64,000 nt of DNA from Promethearchaeota archaeon. Lineage in GTDB: Archaea; Asgardarchaeota; Lokiarchaeia; Sigyniarchaeales; SOKP01. The DNA is taken from contig JAFGOA010000223.1 of NCBI GenBank assembly GCA_016926735.1, positions 35,147 to 99,146 of the forward strand, written 5' to 3'. The position numbers and the translations under genes are program-made. The notes under the pieces were generated by a model that saw only the letters and a program-made list of their open reading frames with translations, made no database searches and had not been told where the DNA came from. Of the stretch, positions 51,408 through 62,800 are shown one piece after another; within the stretch, counting starts at the first letter, position 1, and every line of letters starts with the position of its first letter.

Positions 51408-52493
51408 ATGAATGTAAATCAGTTAATTCGGGCACACTTAAGAAAATTTGCCGAATATATTCCTGGGGAACAACCTATAGAAAATGATTGGATAAAATTG
51501 AATGCAAATGAAAATCCTTATCCACCACTCCCAGAAATTATAAATGATATTAAAAAAAAAACAAATGAAAGACTTCGTCTCTACCCAGATCCATTGGCAA
51601 AGGAATTAAAAACTAAAATAATAAATAAACTCCTTAAAAAACATAATCCACCTCAATCTATAGATTCTTATTTTGTTGGAAATGGAACTGATGAAGTATT
51701 AGAAGTTATATATAAGGTCTTTATAGACATAGGGGATGATATAATTTATTTAGATCCCTCATATGGTATGTATAAAACCCTTTCAGATTTATTTGGAGCA
51801 AATTCGATTGAAATAAAACTTAATAAAGATTTTTCACTCCCAGAATCATTATTTGAAGCAAAAGGAAAATTACTGATTATTTGCTCCCCGAATAATCCTA
51901 CTGCCAAATCATTTGATAATCATCTTATATCAAAAATTTGTGAGACTTTTCCTGGTATAGTAATTGTTGATGAGACCTATTCCGATTTTACAAATAAAAC
52001 ATCTATACCACTACTAAACAGAACAAAAAATTTAATCATTACCAGAACTTTCTCTAAAAGCTTTTCACTAGCTTCATTAAGAGTCGGATTTGCTATCTCA
52101 AATCCAGATATAATCAAAGTCATGAATCAAGTAAAATTACCATACAATCTTAATTACTTGTCACAAGTTGCAGCTATATCTTGTATAGATAATATGGAAA
52201 AAATATTTGAGAGAAATAAAATAATTATCTCTGAAAGAGAAAAAATCACTGAAATATTAAATAACTATGAAAATGTAGAAGTAATACCCTCAGATGCTAA
52301 TTTTATTTTAGTTAGATTAAAAAATAAATCTCAAGCTATGTATATCTTTAATGAAATGAAAAAAAATAAGATCCTCATTCGATATTTTCCAAAACCAAGT
52401 TTAGAAAATTATCTTAGAATATCAATTGGTACTGAAGAAGAAAATAAACAATTATTGAAAGTTTTCAATGATATTGCTAATAATTTTCTTTAA
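51408..52493 (+). CDS. hisC: Histidinol-phosphate aminotransferase
   Basis: KLNANENPY, PNNPT, RTFSKSFSLASLRVG. Confidence 0.96.
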   Translation: MNVNQLIRAHLRKFAEYIPGEQPIENDWIKLNANENPYPPLPEIINDIKKKTNERLRLYPDPLAKELKTKIINKLLKKHNPPQSIDSYFVGNGTDEVLEVIYKVFIDIGDDIIYLDPSYGMYKTLSDLFGANSIEIKLNKDFSLPESLFEAKGKLLIICSPNNPTAKSFDNHLISKICETFPGIVIVDETYSDFTNKTSIPLLNRTKNLIITRTFSKSFSLASLRVGFAISNPDIIKVMNQVKLPYNLNYLSQVAAISCIDNMEKIFERNKIIISEREKITEILNNYENVEVIPSDANFILVRLKNKSQAMYIFNEMKKNKILIRYFPKPSLENYLRISIGTEEENKQLLKVFNDIANNFL

Positions 52494-52568
52494 TCAAATA
52501 ACTTAAAATATATATTAGTTCGAATCTTAATTTAAAAATAAAAATTCAAAAAATAGAGTTGTATTGGA

Positions 52569-53717
52569 ATTTCAATTTTTTATTCTGATAATACCATAAA
52601 GTGTCAAAATTGTGGATATAGTATAACAAAACCATATCCTAAAGAACATTTTTGTCCACGATGTGGAAAATATGTTCCTGAACTTACTGATAAATTAAAT
52701 TTAATTAAAGATTCAAAAAAACCACAAGAATTTAAGACACAAAAAACTCAAATTCCTTCAAAATTAAAAGGAAAAGTAAAAATTAAAGAATCTACTCCAA
52801 AATTATCTACAAATGGGAATATAATAGAATTAAAAAAAGGAGAATTTGTAAAGTTAATTGGAATAACTTCTGTTAATCGAACTCCACTATTTTGTAGTAA
52901 TGATAATTACTCTTATCTATTGGAATTAACAAATAATCTTGATTATATAGCAACCAGTATTTTGGGAGGAGTTCTAGATAAAATGCTCCTTATTTCTCAA
53001 GAGACATATACTAAAGAAAAATGTCAATTCCTTGAAAAAGATGGGATAATATATCTTGTATATGGATTATTTCCAGATAAAAAGGGTAAGTGGTTATTAG
53101 AACAAATAGCAAAATACTATATAGAACTTTTAGAAAATAAAAATGCTGATAAATTAGATAAATTGGAACAATACGAAATAAATAATAAATTCAAAAGAAT
53201 AATAAATTTTATTCTTCAAGAATATTTTAAACTTCAAGATGTTTTTTCTGATCAAGAAATACCTTCTGTTGAAGATAATCTTAGAGTCGATTATTTAGGT
53301 CTATCTTCTAAATCAATAGGAGTAATTTCTCTTTTAATTGGAAATGAATTAAATATAGATATTCCAGGTCAATTTGATGATCCTGCTGAAATGAAAGAGA
53401 TGAAAGAATCTCTTCTTACAGCAAAGATTGAAGCTATTGCTGCGAATACCCTTGGTAATACTGGAGCAGTCCCTAGATGGATTTCTGTAAAATTGGGATT
53501 TCAAAGTTATAGATTTTTAACCTTTCGAAAATATCCAAACGACTTTTATCTCTCTCTTCTTTTGGATGGTAATCTTAAGAAATTAGATTCTGTAGAAAAT
53601 GAATTAAAACCATCTCTTTTGAGAGTTACTGAACAACAATTCACAGGGGATCTGAAAAAATATAACCTGCTTAAACCCGATTTGATAAGTTTATTTAAAA
53701 GAAAAAGAAATTTTTAA
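52569..53717 (+). CDS. Zn-ribbon plus longin/roadblock-like domain protein; start uncertain (non-canonical)
   Basis: Frame of track ORF 52920 is open back to TAG 52554 and encodes CQNCG...CPRCG; no ATG/GTG/TTG upstream of 52920. Confidence 0.65.
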   Translation: MSIFYSDNTIKCQNCGYSITKPYPKEHFCPRCGKYVPELTDKLNLIKDSKKPQEFKTQKTQIPSKLKGKVKIKESTPKLSTNGNIIELKKGEFVKLIGITSVNRTPLFCSNDNYSYLLELTNNLDYIATSILGGVLDKMLLISQETYTKEKCQFLEKDGIIYLVYGLFPDKKGKWLLEQIAKYYIELLENKNADKLDKLEQYEINNKFKRIINFILQEYFKLQDVFSDQEIPSVEDNLRVDYLGLSSKSIGVISLLIGNELNIDIPGQFDDPAEMKEMKESLLTAKIEAIAANTLGNTGAVPRWISVKLGFQSYRFLTFRKYPNDFYLSLLLDGNLKKLDSVENELKPSLLRVTEQQFTGDLKKYNLLKPDLISLFKRKRNF

Positions 53718-54148
53718 AAATGTATCATTTCTAATTCTTCTTTATTTCTTCCTTTACCAGATATTAAGCAATTTTCAACTGATAAATTCTCAAAATTTAG
53801 AATTGAATTATTTATAATTATGCAATTGTTTAATTTAAATAAATTTCCAATGATAACATTATCAAAAATAATAGAATTTGAAGCTTCACTGAATTCTCCA
53901 ATTTTACAATTATCCCCTATAAAAACATTAGGTCCTAATAAAACATCATCACCAATTTCAACATTTTTACCAAGTACGACTGGTTCTATAAAGGAGGGGT
54001 AATCACCAATGTAGCTATTAATGTTATGTTTTTGTTTCACGAATTTTATCATGAATTCTTCTAAATAGCTATTAAATTCTTCTGAATCTCCTCTTTCTTT
54101 AATTATAAAAATATCTTTTAATTCTTTTCTTATATTCATATTAATCAT
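53714..54148 (-). CDS. Left-handed beta-helix (hexapeptide repeat) protein resembling an NDP-sugar pyrophosphorylase C-terminus
   Basis: PVVLGKNVEIGDDVLLGPNVFIGDNCKIG repeats. Confidence 0.8.
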   Translation of the reverse strand: MINMNIRKELKDIFIIKERGDSEEFNSYLEEFMIKFVKQKHNINSYIGDYPSFIEPVVLGKNVEIGDDVLLGPNVFIGDNCKIGEFSEASNSIIFDNVIIGNLFKLNNCIIINNSILNFENLSVENCLISGKGRNKEELEMIHF

Positions 54149-54169
54149 AATTTTTAATTTAATTATTGA

Positions 54170-54877
54170 TTAAAGGTTCAATTCTTTAACGATTTCTTCT
54201 ATTCCCTCATTATTTTTAGCGCTTGTTAGAATCACTTTAATATTTGGATTTATCTCTTTAGCATCATTGACCATTTTATCTAGATCTGTTCCTAATCTTT
54301 CTTTCAGATCGATTTTATTTATGATTGCTATCTCTGACATTCTAAATAATAACGGATGTTTTTCTATAACCCATTCACCTTCAGTAGTGGAAACTATAAT
54401 AATTCGTTTATCCATTCCCAATTGAAATTCAGCTGGGCAAATTAGATTTCCTACATTTTCTATAAAAATAAGATTGTATTTTTTTAGGTCGATATTTTTC
54501 ACAATCTTAAGAATATAATATGCATTTAGAGCACATTCTCTTCCTGTATTTATTTGAATAGTGTCAACATTTTTTTTTTGAATACGATCAGCATCCACTC
54601 GAGTTGTTATATCTCCACATATAACCAAAATTTTATATTTCTGAGAAAGTATATCTGTTATTTTTTCTAAAATTGCTGTTTTTCCAGCACCGATTGCTCC
54701 AACAATATCAAATGATTTTATATTGTGTTCATGAAGCTTATTATTGATTAATTCCGCAATAGAATCATTATTTTTTTCCACTTCTTTTTGTGTTTGAATG
54801 ATAATTTGACGATTGTGTTCTTGTGCTAATTTTCTACTTTCTAATTCCATGACTCTTTCGTATTCTTGATCTTTCAT
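54170..54877 (-). CDS. hypB: Hydrogenase nickel-insertion GTPase HypB
   Basis: GAIGAGKT, QINTGREC, IENVGNLICPA, INKID. Confidence 0.92.
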   Translation of the reverse strand: MKDQEYERVMELESRKLAQEHNRQIIIQTQKEVEKNNDSIAELINNKLHEHNIKSFDIVGAIGAGKTAILEKITDILSQKYKILVICGDITTRVDADRIQKKNVDTIQINTGRECALNAYYILKIVKNIDLKKYNLIFIENVGNLICPAEFQLGMDKRIIIVSTTEGEWVIEKHPLLFRMSEIAIINKIDLKERLGTDLDKMVNDAKEINPNIKVILTSAKNNEGIEEIVKELNL

Positions 54878-55093
54878 CTGAGCATTCTTTTTTTTTCTTT
54901 TTTCAAATCTCTAGTTTAATTAATATAAATCAATAAATTAAATTTTGGATTAAATAATTGATTCCATTTAGATTAAAAAGGATTTTAATATTCTTAATTT
55001 TTAAAATCTATCAAAGATTTAAATATCTAATTAACAAATATTGATTTGACACAATCTAATTATAAAAATTCATAAATTAATTTAAAAATAACA

Positions 55094-55849
55094 ATGTCCT
55101 CATCTCAATTACCAAAGGATACATTTTGGATATATCAATTTATAGAAAAATTTTCTCATTTTTTTATAAAGATTTATTTTAAAAATGAAGATATAAATAT
55201 AGAAGATATAAAATTTAATTTTAAAATCAAATTGGAGGGTTTTAATGGAATTCTGTTTTATATCTACAAAAGTGATGCTAATAAGATCACATTTGATTTG
55301 TTAAATCATCCAATGGATCAGATGCATACTATAAGTGATTTAGTATACTCTCCTAAAGATAACTCAAGTATGAATTTAGATTTTTTTCTAATTCCTTTTG
55401 GTAGATTTAAAAATGATAATCAAATTTCTCTGATAATTACATCAGCAGATTTTCAAGTCAAATTCAAATTCTATATTTGGACACCTTCATTGCTATTTAA
55501 AAATATTAAATCAATCATTAAAATAAACAATCAATATGCAGAATTAGAACCTATCTATAAAGGACATAATAATTTTTATCAAATTGAAAACTGGTTTAAA
55601 GCAAATGAAAATAGTACCATTTTTCAAATGATTAATTTGCTAACTGAAGTTGATGAATATTGTGGAATTGATAATATTAAAAATTTAATTTCTAAATCTA
55701 ATGCACTAGTTTTTAAAAAACCTAAAGAGCATATAAAAAGTCTTATTGATGATTTAAATGAACTTAAAAATAAAGCAATAGATATGTCAAAAGAAGATAT
55801 TATTAATTCTTTAAAAGATGTTATCTCTTTCTATTCAAATGAAGAATAA
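55094..55849 (+). CDS. Hypothetical protein
   Basis: 251-aa open frame, no motif recognised. Confidence 0.6.
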   Translation: MSSSQLPKDTFWIYQFIEKFSHFFIKIYFKNEDINIEDIKFNFKIKLEGFNGILFYIYKSDANKITFDLLNHPMDQMHTISDLVYSPKDNSSMNLDFFLIPFGRFKNDNQISLIITSADFQVKFKFYIWTPSLLFKNIKSIIKINNQYAELEPIYKGHNNFYQIENWFKANENSTIFQMINLLTEVDEYCGIDNIKNLISKSNALVFKKPKEHIKSLIDDLNELKNKAIDMSKEDIINSLKDVISFYSNEE

Positions 55850-56169
55850 CCTAGAGAATTTTCCCAATGAAGGTAATTTTCTTAATGTCTTATAATAATT
55901 AAGCTTCACCACCTCTCATTAAATAAATCTTATAAAAGTATAACTCCTAAATGTCTAAATGTGATTGATAATCCCAACATTCATGAATGGGGTCTATTTT
56001 ACCAAATTCTCAGAGAGTATCTTATTTTTTATCTATAAGGATTGATAGGGATGAATTAATGGTTAATATCCAAAAAAGGCTATAATCATGAAGAAAATAA
56101 TTAAAGCTATATAAAATTTTATATGAAAAGTAGTCTTTTTACAATTATTACGAAAATCTAATGTAAAAA

Positions 56170-58575
56170 ATGTTAGTTATGAAACAAAACAGTAAAATTA
56201 AATATACATTATTTTTACTTGGCATGCTGTTGATAACAATCCCTAACTTTACACCTCTGTTATCAGCAAATTATGGAATAGATTCGTCTAAAACAGATGA
56301 ATTAGAAAAAATTACATTTAACCCCGCTTATACTAATGATGATGATAAAAAATACATCTTTCTCTATGATGCAGATTATAATCAAATCTATGTTACAGCT
56401 TTTAGAAAAGTATCTTCTTTTACGATATTAAATACTCAAGTCCCTTGGAATCTTGAACATCTTGATTATATAATTATAGTTAATACAGATTCTTCAAATG
56501 ATGGTGATGCTGATGATTGGAAGTTAAAATCTGTGAAAATATATGATAAATATCGGGGTATCGTTATACCAACAGGTCCGGGTCAAGTTTACCAACACAA
56601 TCCTACACTAAGTTATAATAATAATGTGGAATTTGGTGAATATTGGGATCAAAAAGATGGAGATACTGCAATATTAACGCTGAAGGTAACTTCGACATCA
56701 ATGAAATCTGATTCAAATAAAAATAATCTACTTTTTAATTCTGATGGATTTATTTCTCTCTATAAATATGATGATGTAGAAGCATTTAAAAAATCTATAC
56801 AACAAACATTATTCAATATAAAGGCTCAAATTTATAAAGAACAAATCCCATCGGATATTCCAACTATTCGAAGAGGATTATGTGTTGTTACCGATTTCTA
56901 TGATTTCAAGTTAGAGCAACTTGATACATCAATTAATTCTATTGGAGAAATTCGAACTCTTCTTGATACGAGTAAAGCACAATGGGAGCAGATGTCCCAA
57001 CGAAAAGAATCCACCGTATGGGATATAATCCGTATGCGATTACCTCAAAAATTGACTCAAAATGCATTTGAACATCCAACGTTTTATCGAGAATGGGTTA
57101 TAAATACGCTTCAACAGCAATTAGGTAAATTACTAACAAATTGTAATCTAATTTATATTATTCCCTCAGCACCAGTAAATCGCTATTCTTTTGATATTAT
57201 TCTTGATGGATTATCTATAGATGGCGGTTTTAAGAATTTTATTCTTAATTTGGCTAGCTCTAGGACTATTCCTGAATTTATAAATTATAAATGGGGTTAT
57301 GCTTTAGATCAAATCTATTTAGGAAATTATGACGAAACCTTACAAGAATTTTCTTTAATGTCAGGAAAATTTGGTGTAAGTTCTACAAACATTATGTTTT
57401 CTGCATTCGAAAAAATAAAACTAGGATGGGTTAATCCTCAAATCATTACTAAATCAACAAATGATATTGAGTTACGTCCTGCAGAACAATATTTAGAGGT
57501 TGTTAAAATATCGGTATCACCAACAGAATATTTTCTAGTAGAATATCGTCAAAAACCTGATTTATCTAATAGTTTTGAATTTGATGGGTTAGTCGTTTAT
57601 TATATTAATGAATCTGTATTACCCTCTGATTCTGGTAGAATATTTATACGCCCTGATGTTCATATTCAAACAGTTTCTGCAAGAGATTACCCTGAAGCAG
57701 TAGAACCCATAGATGTATGGTATCCGGATAATCCTGAAAGTCCTGGAATGTTAGATGTTTATTTTATGCATAATGCATATATTTCTGGTTTTCGAATGGA
57801 AAACCTTACTTGGTCAGAGGAGGGTATTCTTTTTGATATAAAGATTACATTGAACGAAGATTATGAACCCCCTCTCACACCTGAAAATCCGAATCCGAAT
57901 CCAGAAGCTGAAAAAATAGCTGTATTTCTCTGGGATTCTAGTGTTGATCAAAGGGAACACATGGAAACTTATGAATCTATGTTAAGAACGAGGGGATATA
58001 GTGTTTTTATTTATATGGAAGATTGTCCAGATTTTGATGCATTTTTCAGTGAAATTGATGAGCGAGAGGGACCAGAAGATACTATCTTTATCTATATGCA
58101 TGGTCATGGTTCTTATACTTGGAATGAAGACAATCATCAATATGATTCTCGGGTGGGTGTATCTAATCATCCTTTATATTCAAGTAATTTAAGAACATAT
58201 TTTGACCAATTTGAGGCTGAAAATAAAGCATTTTTTACCGCAGCATGTCATTCAGGGGGATTTGTAGAGGACTTTAAAGGAAGTGATGTATTTGCAATGT
58301 CATCATCTTGTATTTCTGAAATGAGCACAGCTAATAGACTTCATCCAAAAGGTGAAAATGTTATTTTCGGTCATTTTGTCCGTGTTTTAGAAAGAAAAAG
58401 ATTTGATGGCTCCTTTAGAAAATCTGGTGTAACTGCATTTAACTGGGCAAAACAATTTGGTCAAGGTTGGGGAATTGGTCTATGTTTTTACCCTAGTGGT
58501 ATATTTTGTTATCCAATGATGCCAAGTTATCCTCAAATGTATTGTGGAAATGATTATTATCAAAATAATTTTTAA
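56170..58575 (+). CDS. Secreted protein with degenerate M6-metalloprotease-like domain and C-terminal clan CD (caspase/legumain-like) peptidase domain
   Basis: Signal peptide; FSLMSG, SAFEKIKLGW, EYFLVEYRQ, GLVVYYINE; C-terminal YMHGHG and AACHSGGF dyad. Confidence 0.7.
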   Translation: MLVMKQNSKIKYTLFLLGMLLITIPNFTPLLSANYGIDSSKTDELEKITFNPAYTNDDDKKYIFLYDADYNQIYVTAFRKVSSFTILNTQVPWNLEHLDYIIIVNTDSSNDGDADDWKLKSVKIYDKYRGIVIPTGPGQVYQHNPTLSYNNNVEFGEYWDQKDGDTAILTLKVTSTSMKSDSNKNNLLFNSDGFISLYKYDDVEAFKKSIQQTLFNIKAQIYKEQIPSDIPTIRRGLCVVTDFYDFKLEQLDTSINSIGEIRTLLDTSKAQWEQMSQRKESTVWDIIRMRLPQKLTQNAFEHPTFYREWVINTLQQQLGKLLTNCNLIYIIPSAPVNRYSFDIILDGLSIDGGFKNFILNLASSRTIPEFINYKWGYALDQIYLGNYDETLQEFSLMSGKFGVSSTNIMFSAFEKIKLGWVNPQIITKSTNDIELRPAEQYLEVVKISVSPTEYFLVEYRQKPDLSNSFEFDGLVVYYINESVLPSDSGRIFIRPDVHIQTVSARDYPEAVEPIDVWYPDNPESPGMLDVYFMHNAYISGFRMENLTWSEEGILFDIKITLNEDYEPPLTPENPNPNPEAEKIAVFLWDSSVDQREHMETYESMLRTRGYSVFIYMEDCPDFDAFFSEIDEREGPEDTIFIYMHGHGSYTWNEDNHQYDSRVGVSNHPLYSSNLRTYFDQFEAENKAFFTAACHSGGFVEDFKGSDVFAMSSSCISEMSTANRLHPKGENVIFGHFVRVLERKRFDGSFRKSGVTAFNWAKQFGQGWGIGLCFYPSGIFCYPMMPSYPQMYCGNDYYQNNF

Positions 58576-58736
58576 TTCTTTTTTTATTTTTATCTTTCTA
58601 TATTATAAAACGTAGAAAGTCCTATATAAAACAAAAAGTGACAATTATAAATGTTTAATATGAAAAGATAATGAATATTGGGAAAAATTTTTTAAATTAC
58701 TCCGAAAAGATGTTAATCTAAAAAAAATAAAAAGAA

Positions 58737-59840
58737 TTAATTTTTTACTTTTGATGCTTTTTTTTGTTCTAAAAATGTATTTTCTAAAACTGTTAGATAT
58801 TCAGATAAAACTTTATCAGCTTTTGACTTTTGTACATATTCTCTTTTTATAATATTCAATATATATTTAGGAAATAGCTTGTTTACATAGAAATCTGATA
58901 ATAATGCATAATATTCATTGTTATCCTTATCTTGAAATACTTGAATCATTTGATTATTCCATAATTTTTTAAGTACATCACTAACATTTTCTACTCCTTT
59001 TTTTTTGAGTTTTTCTAACTCACTCCTTGTTACAACTGCTGTACGTAATAATCTAATTGTTTCATAAACCTCAGGATCACTTAGAATATTAATAATACTT
59101 AAATTATCTTCTTCTGAAGGTCTATAATTCTGGAAGAATTTTCGACATTCAACAATAAAATCTTCTGATAATTGAGCTGGTAAGCCTTTTTCCGTAGGAT
59201 TATTAATTAATTCTTCTGGTGGGATTCGCATCATAAATATATCATTCGTAAGAAATATTAATTCAGAGGGCATACCTTTAACAGATGCTTCCTTAATAAT
59301 TTCTTGTTTTATAAGCTCGATTACTATACCCTCTAAATCAACAAAACCATGCTTATATTGATCTTTCAACCAAATACTTAATTCCGATTTTGAAATAACA
59401 CCTTCTTCTCTTAATCGTTTAATAATCATACGTTTTATTTCTTCTCCATATGTAATTGCCAGTTTTTGTTCTTCTCTATATGTAGGATATACAGATAATC
59501 TACGGAATAAAGTTGGTACCATATTTAGATACACATCTTCATCTATGTTCAAAAGAACCGTCCTCGCAACATCGGTTAACCCTCCCTCATATGCATCAGG
59601 ATCTTCATCAATATTTAGTAATAGAATCAAATAATACCCTGTATTTGGTCCTGTATAGTATGAAGCAATATTTAATGATCCAATCATTAAACTTATCATT
59701 CCCGATTCTCCTCCATATTCATGAGTTGAATAGATCTGCATAAGCGTTTTATCATTTACAGAAATTTCAGGAGGGAATTTAGCTAGAATTTCTGTACCTA
59801 TTCTTTCATCCCATCTCATGATCACAATACCAACTGGCAT
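58737..59840 (-). CDS. Longin/uDENN-like N-terminal domain protein with winged-helix-like C-terminus
   Basis: MPVGIVIMRWDERIGTEILAKFP N-terminus typical of Asgard longin-like proteins (recalled, not searched). Confidence 0.55.
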   Translation of the reverse strand: MPVGIVIMRWDERIGTEILAKFPPEISVNDKTLMQIYSTHEYGGESGMISLMIGSLNIASYYTGPNTGYYLILLLNIDEDPDAYEGGLTDVARTVLLNIDEDVYLNMVPTLFRRLSVYPTYREEQKLAITYGEEIKRMIIKRLREEGVISKSELSIWLKDQYKHGFVDLEGIVIELIKQEIIKEASVKGMPSELIFLTNDIFMMRIPPEELINNPTEKGLPAQLSEDFIVECRKFFQNYRPSEEDNLSIINILSDPEVYETIRLLRTAVVTRSELEKLKKKGVENVSDVLKKLWNNQMIQVFQDKDNNEYYALLSDFYVNKLFPKYILNIIKREYVQKSKADKVLSEYLTVLENTFLEQKKASKVKN

Positions 59841-62800
59841 TATTTAACACCTCCAGATTTTTTTTCTTCATATTTTTTCATTTTTTTTCCCTCAAGCCTT
59901 AAAGTATCTTCTAAAGATAATCCAAGTTTTTTCCATTTATCTCCAAGAATTTTTGCAATAAAAAATTCTTTAGAGGGATATAGAGTAGAATCAGAAATTG
60001 TTTTATTTGAATTAATTTCTTTCTTTAATTTTCTCGATTTCTTAATAAACTCTGGGATTCTTGCTATTTGTATATATCTATATCCTACTAAACTCCCAGT
60101 TATTGCACCAATACCTATAACTATCATTAAAAAGTAGAACATTGGAAATCCTGGAATAATTTCTATCATTCCAACTACAATATTAAATTCAAAATCTATT
60201 GTTTCATAATTCTCTTTTTCAATTATGATTAAAGCAACAAAACTTTTAGGAATAAAGAATGTATCTATTCCACTTGTAGAGAATTCAAATCTATAAATAC
60301 CACTTCCTAAATTTATAGCATTTATAGGATTATATCCTTGAATTACTAAAGTAACATTTGCATCAGTGAGAGGATCACTTGTCAGGAAATCTACTATATT
60401 TAATTCCAATATTAGGTCTTTTCCCTGTGCTATATTTAGCTGTTTTGAAGGAAAACCAATTATATCTTTGTTTATTGGTCTTGGGACAATAGTAATAGTT
60501 AAATCAGCAAATTTAATTAAATAATTTTGTTTTTGTAAATAGACAGCTATTGAATATCTACCAACTGTTTGTAATTCTGTGTCAAAATCTAAAATATATA
60601 AATGATCTAAACTTTCAACTAAAAATCCAATACCTTCATTTCCATCTCCATATAGGAAATTTCCATCATCATCTAGTCTGTTCCACTCATAATATTTTGT
60701 ATTACACTCACTTATCCTTATTTCATTAATTGTATCATTATATTCGAAGATATAATTTTTTGCGTGTAGAACTGGAATTTCGTCTATTATTTTTTCTCTA
60801 GATTGACCATTAATAACGGTTGGTATCGGTTTTATATCTAGTAATATTTCATAATCATCAATGTATGTATAATTGTCTTTATTTGCTGTTATCTCAATCT
60901 TATATTGATCAATATTTGGAAATATAGACGTATCAATTGTGAATGTATAATATCCTGGAGATAATTGATCCTCGTAAATTATATCTGAAAACTCACTTAG
61001 ATCAGGAATATTATAAGTTAAATATGCTCCAGTTATCCGCTGTGATGGATTATAAAGCTCAAAATATGAGAGAGTTATATTTATTTCCTTATTATAAAAT
61101 TCAGATGTTTTGTTTGAAATAATGATATTTTTCGTTGTATAATTATGTAAGTAAATTCCTGTTTTAATCCCTTTTACTTCAAAATCAAAAGTCTTATCAT
61201 AAGGATCAATATATCCTATCTTACGACCATAAATTCTTATTTTATACCATTCCTCTCCGATTAATACGTTTGAATTTAGAGTTAGGGAATAATTGCCATT
61301 CCCTTCTGAATTCATATCTCCCGAGAGAACAATTAATGTTGAACTTAATTTAGTAATTTCATATCTTACATAGTCAGGATTTTGAATAGGATGCCAATCT
61401 AATTCAGGTGTTTTTATTGTATAATTAACTGAGAAATACATATTCTCACCCCAGTTAACATCACTTATTCCTTCAGTATCCTGAAATCTTGATTGAAAAT
61501 CTTCAATGTTTATTGTTACATTAAATCTCAATTGTGCAGCTATATCTAAAGTATAGTTATATGGATCAAGTTCATAATATTCTTTCTCAGAATCAAAATA
61601 TTTGTCTGATTCAGTGACTCTAAAGGATTTATTTGATCCATAAAATGATAAAGAAAAAAAATAATCTCCATGGAAATACCAAAAGGGTATATCATTATTA
61701 TAACCTCTTGCTTCACCATAATTATTTGTTATTAAATTCGCAATCGAATAACCCGTATTATTTACTATTTTTACCAACATATATTGTATTGGGAGATGCT
61801 CTGAACTTTTATCGAAAGTGTATATGCTTAATTTAGACATTGCTGCTTTATAGTATAAATTTGTAGTTTCTGAATAATTTAGGTGTATCTGACCATTTGA
61901 TATTGAGGTATTAAAATAAGAAACTACAATTTCCAAGCCATAAGCCACATAATTATCATAAATATTAAATAACAATTTATCTGATGTATCACTACTTTCA
62001 TAATCTTTATAACTACCCTCAATAATTTTCCAAGTCATATCCTTATCAAAATATCTAAGTTGGATTTCTCCCAAATGATCAGTCATATCTTCTAATTCTA
62101 TACAATATTTGATAATCATATTTTTGCCGATATTACTTGAACTTGAACCTTCAGCATATATTGTAATATTAGATTTCCATATATTTCCTATATCATGAAC
62201 TGCTGTACTTATTACAGAATAATCAGCTATTTTTACCTTATTTTCTCGGTTAACAAAACCTGAATCTAATAAATTATTTTTTGTAAGATAATCCTCATTG
62301 TAATAGTAGATCTCATAGTAATAATGTGATCTATTTAACCATCTAAACGTAGTTTTTCCTAATCCAGAATTTAATGATAAATTTGCTAATAAGGGATTTG
62401 TGCTTGTTTCATTGTAGACCAAGATATATCCTAAATTTACTGGTTCATTTTCCCAATCATCCACTTTAAAATCAATAGACCAAATATCTGTATGTATTGT
62501 TCTATTTTCAAATAATCCATAAAAACTTAAAGTACCATCAATATAATTACTACTATTATATATAAGATTTTCATATAAATATGTACCATTGTTTAATGTA
62601 TAATTAATCGTGAGATCATATTCTCCAAATGGGATATCACTGAATATTACTTTTCCATTGTTTGATGTTACTAAAGTCTGTAAAGTTCTGTTTTCTATGG
62701 GTAAAGAATTATTTACTAATGACACTTTCGCATTTGGTAAAGGTCTTCCATCAATGTCTCTGATAGTAATATCTATTAATGCTGATATTTGTTGTTCCTC

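Noticed and set aside
55850-56090. Possible decayed gene on the minus strand
   Set aside because: Multiple stops in all frames examined and no recognisable motif
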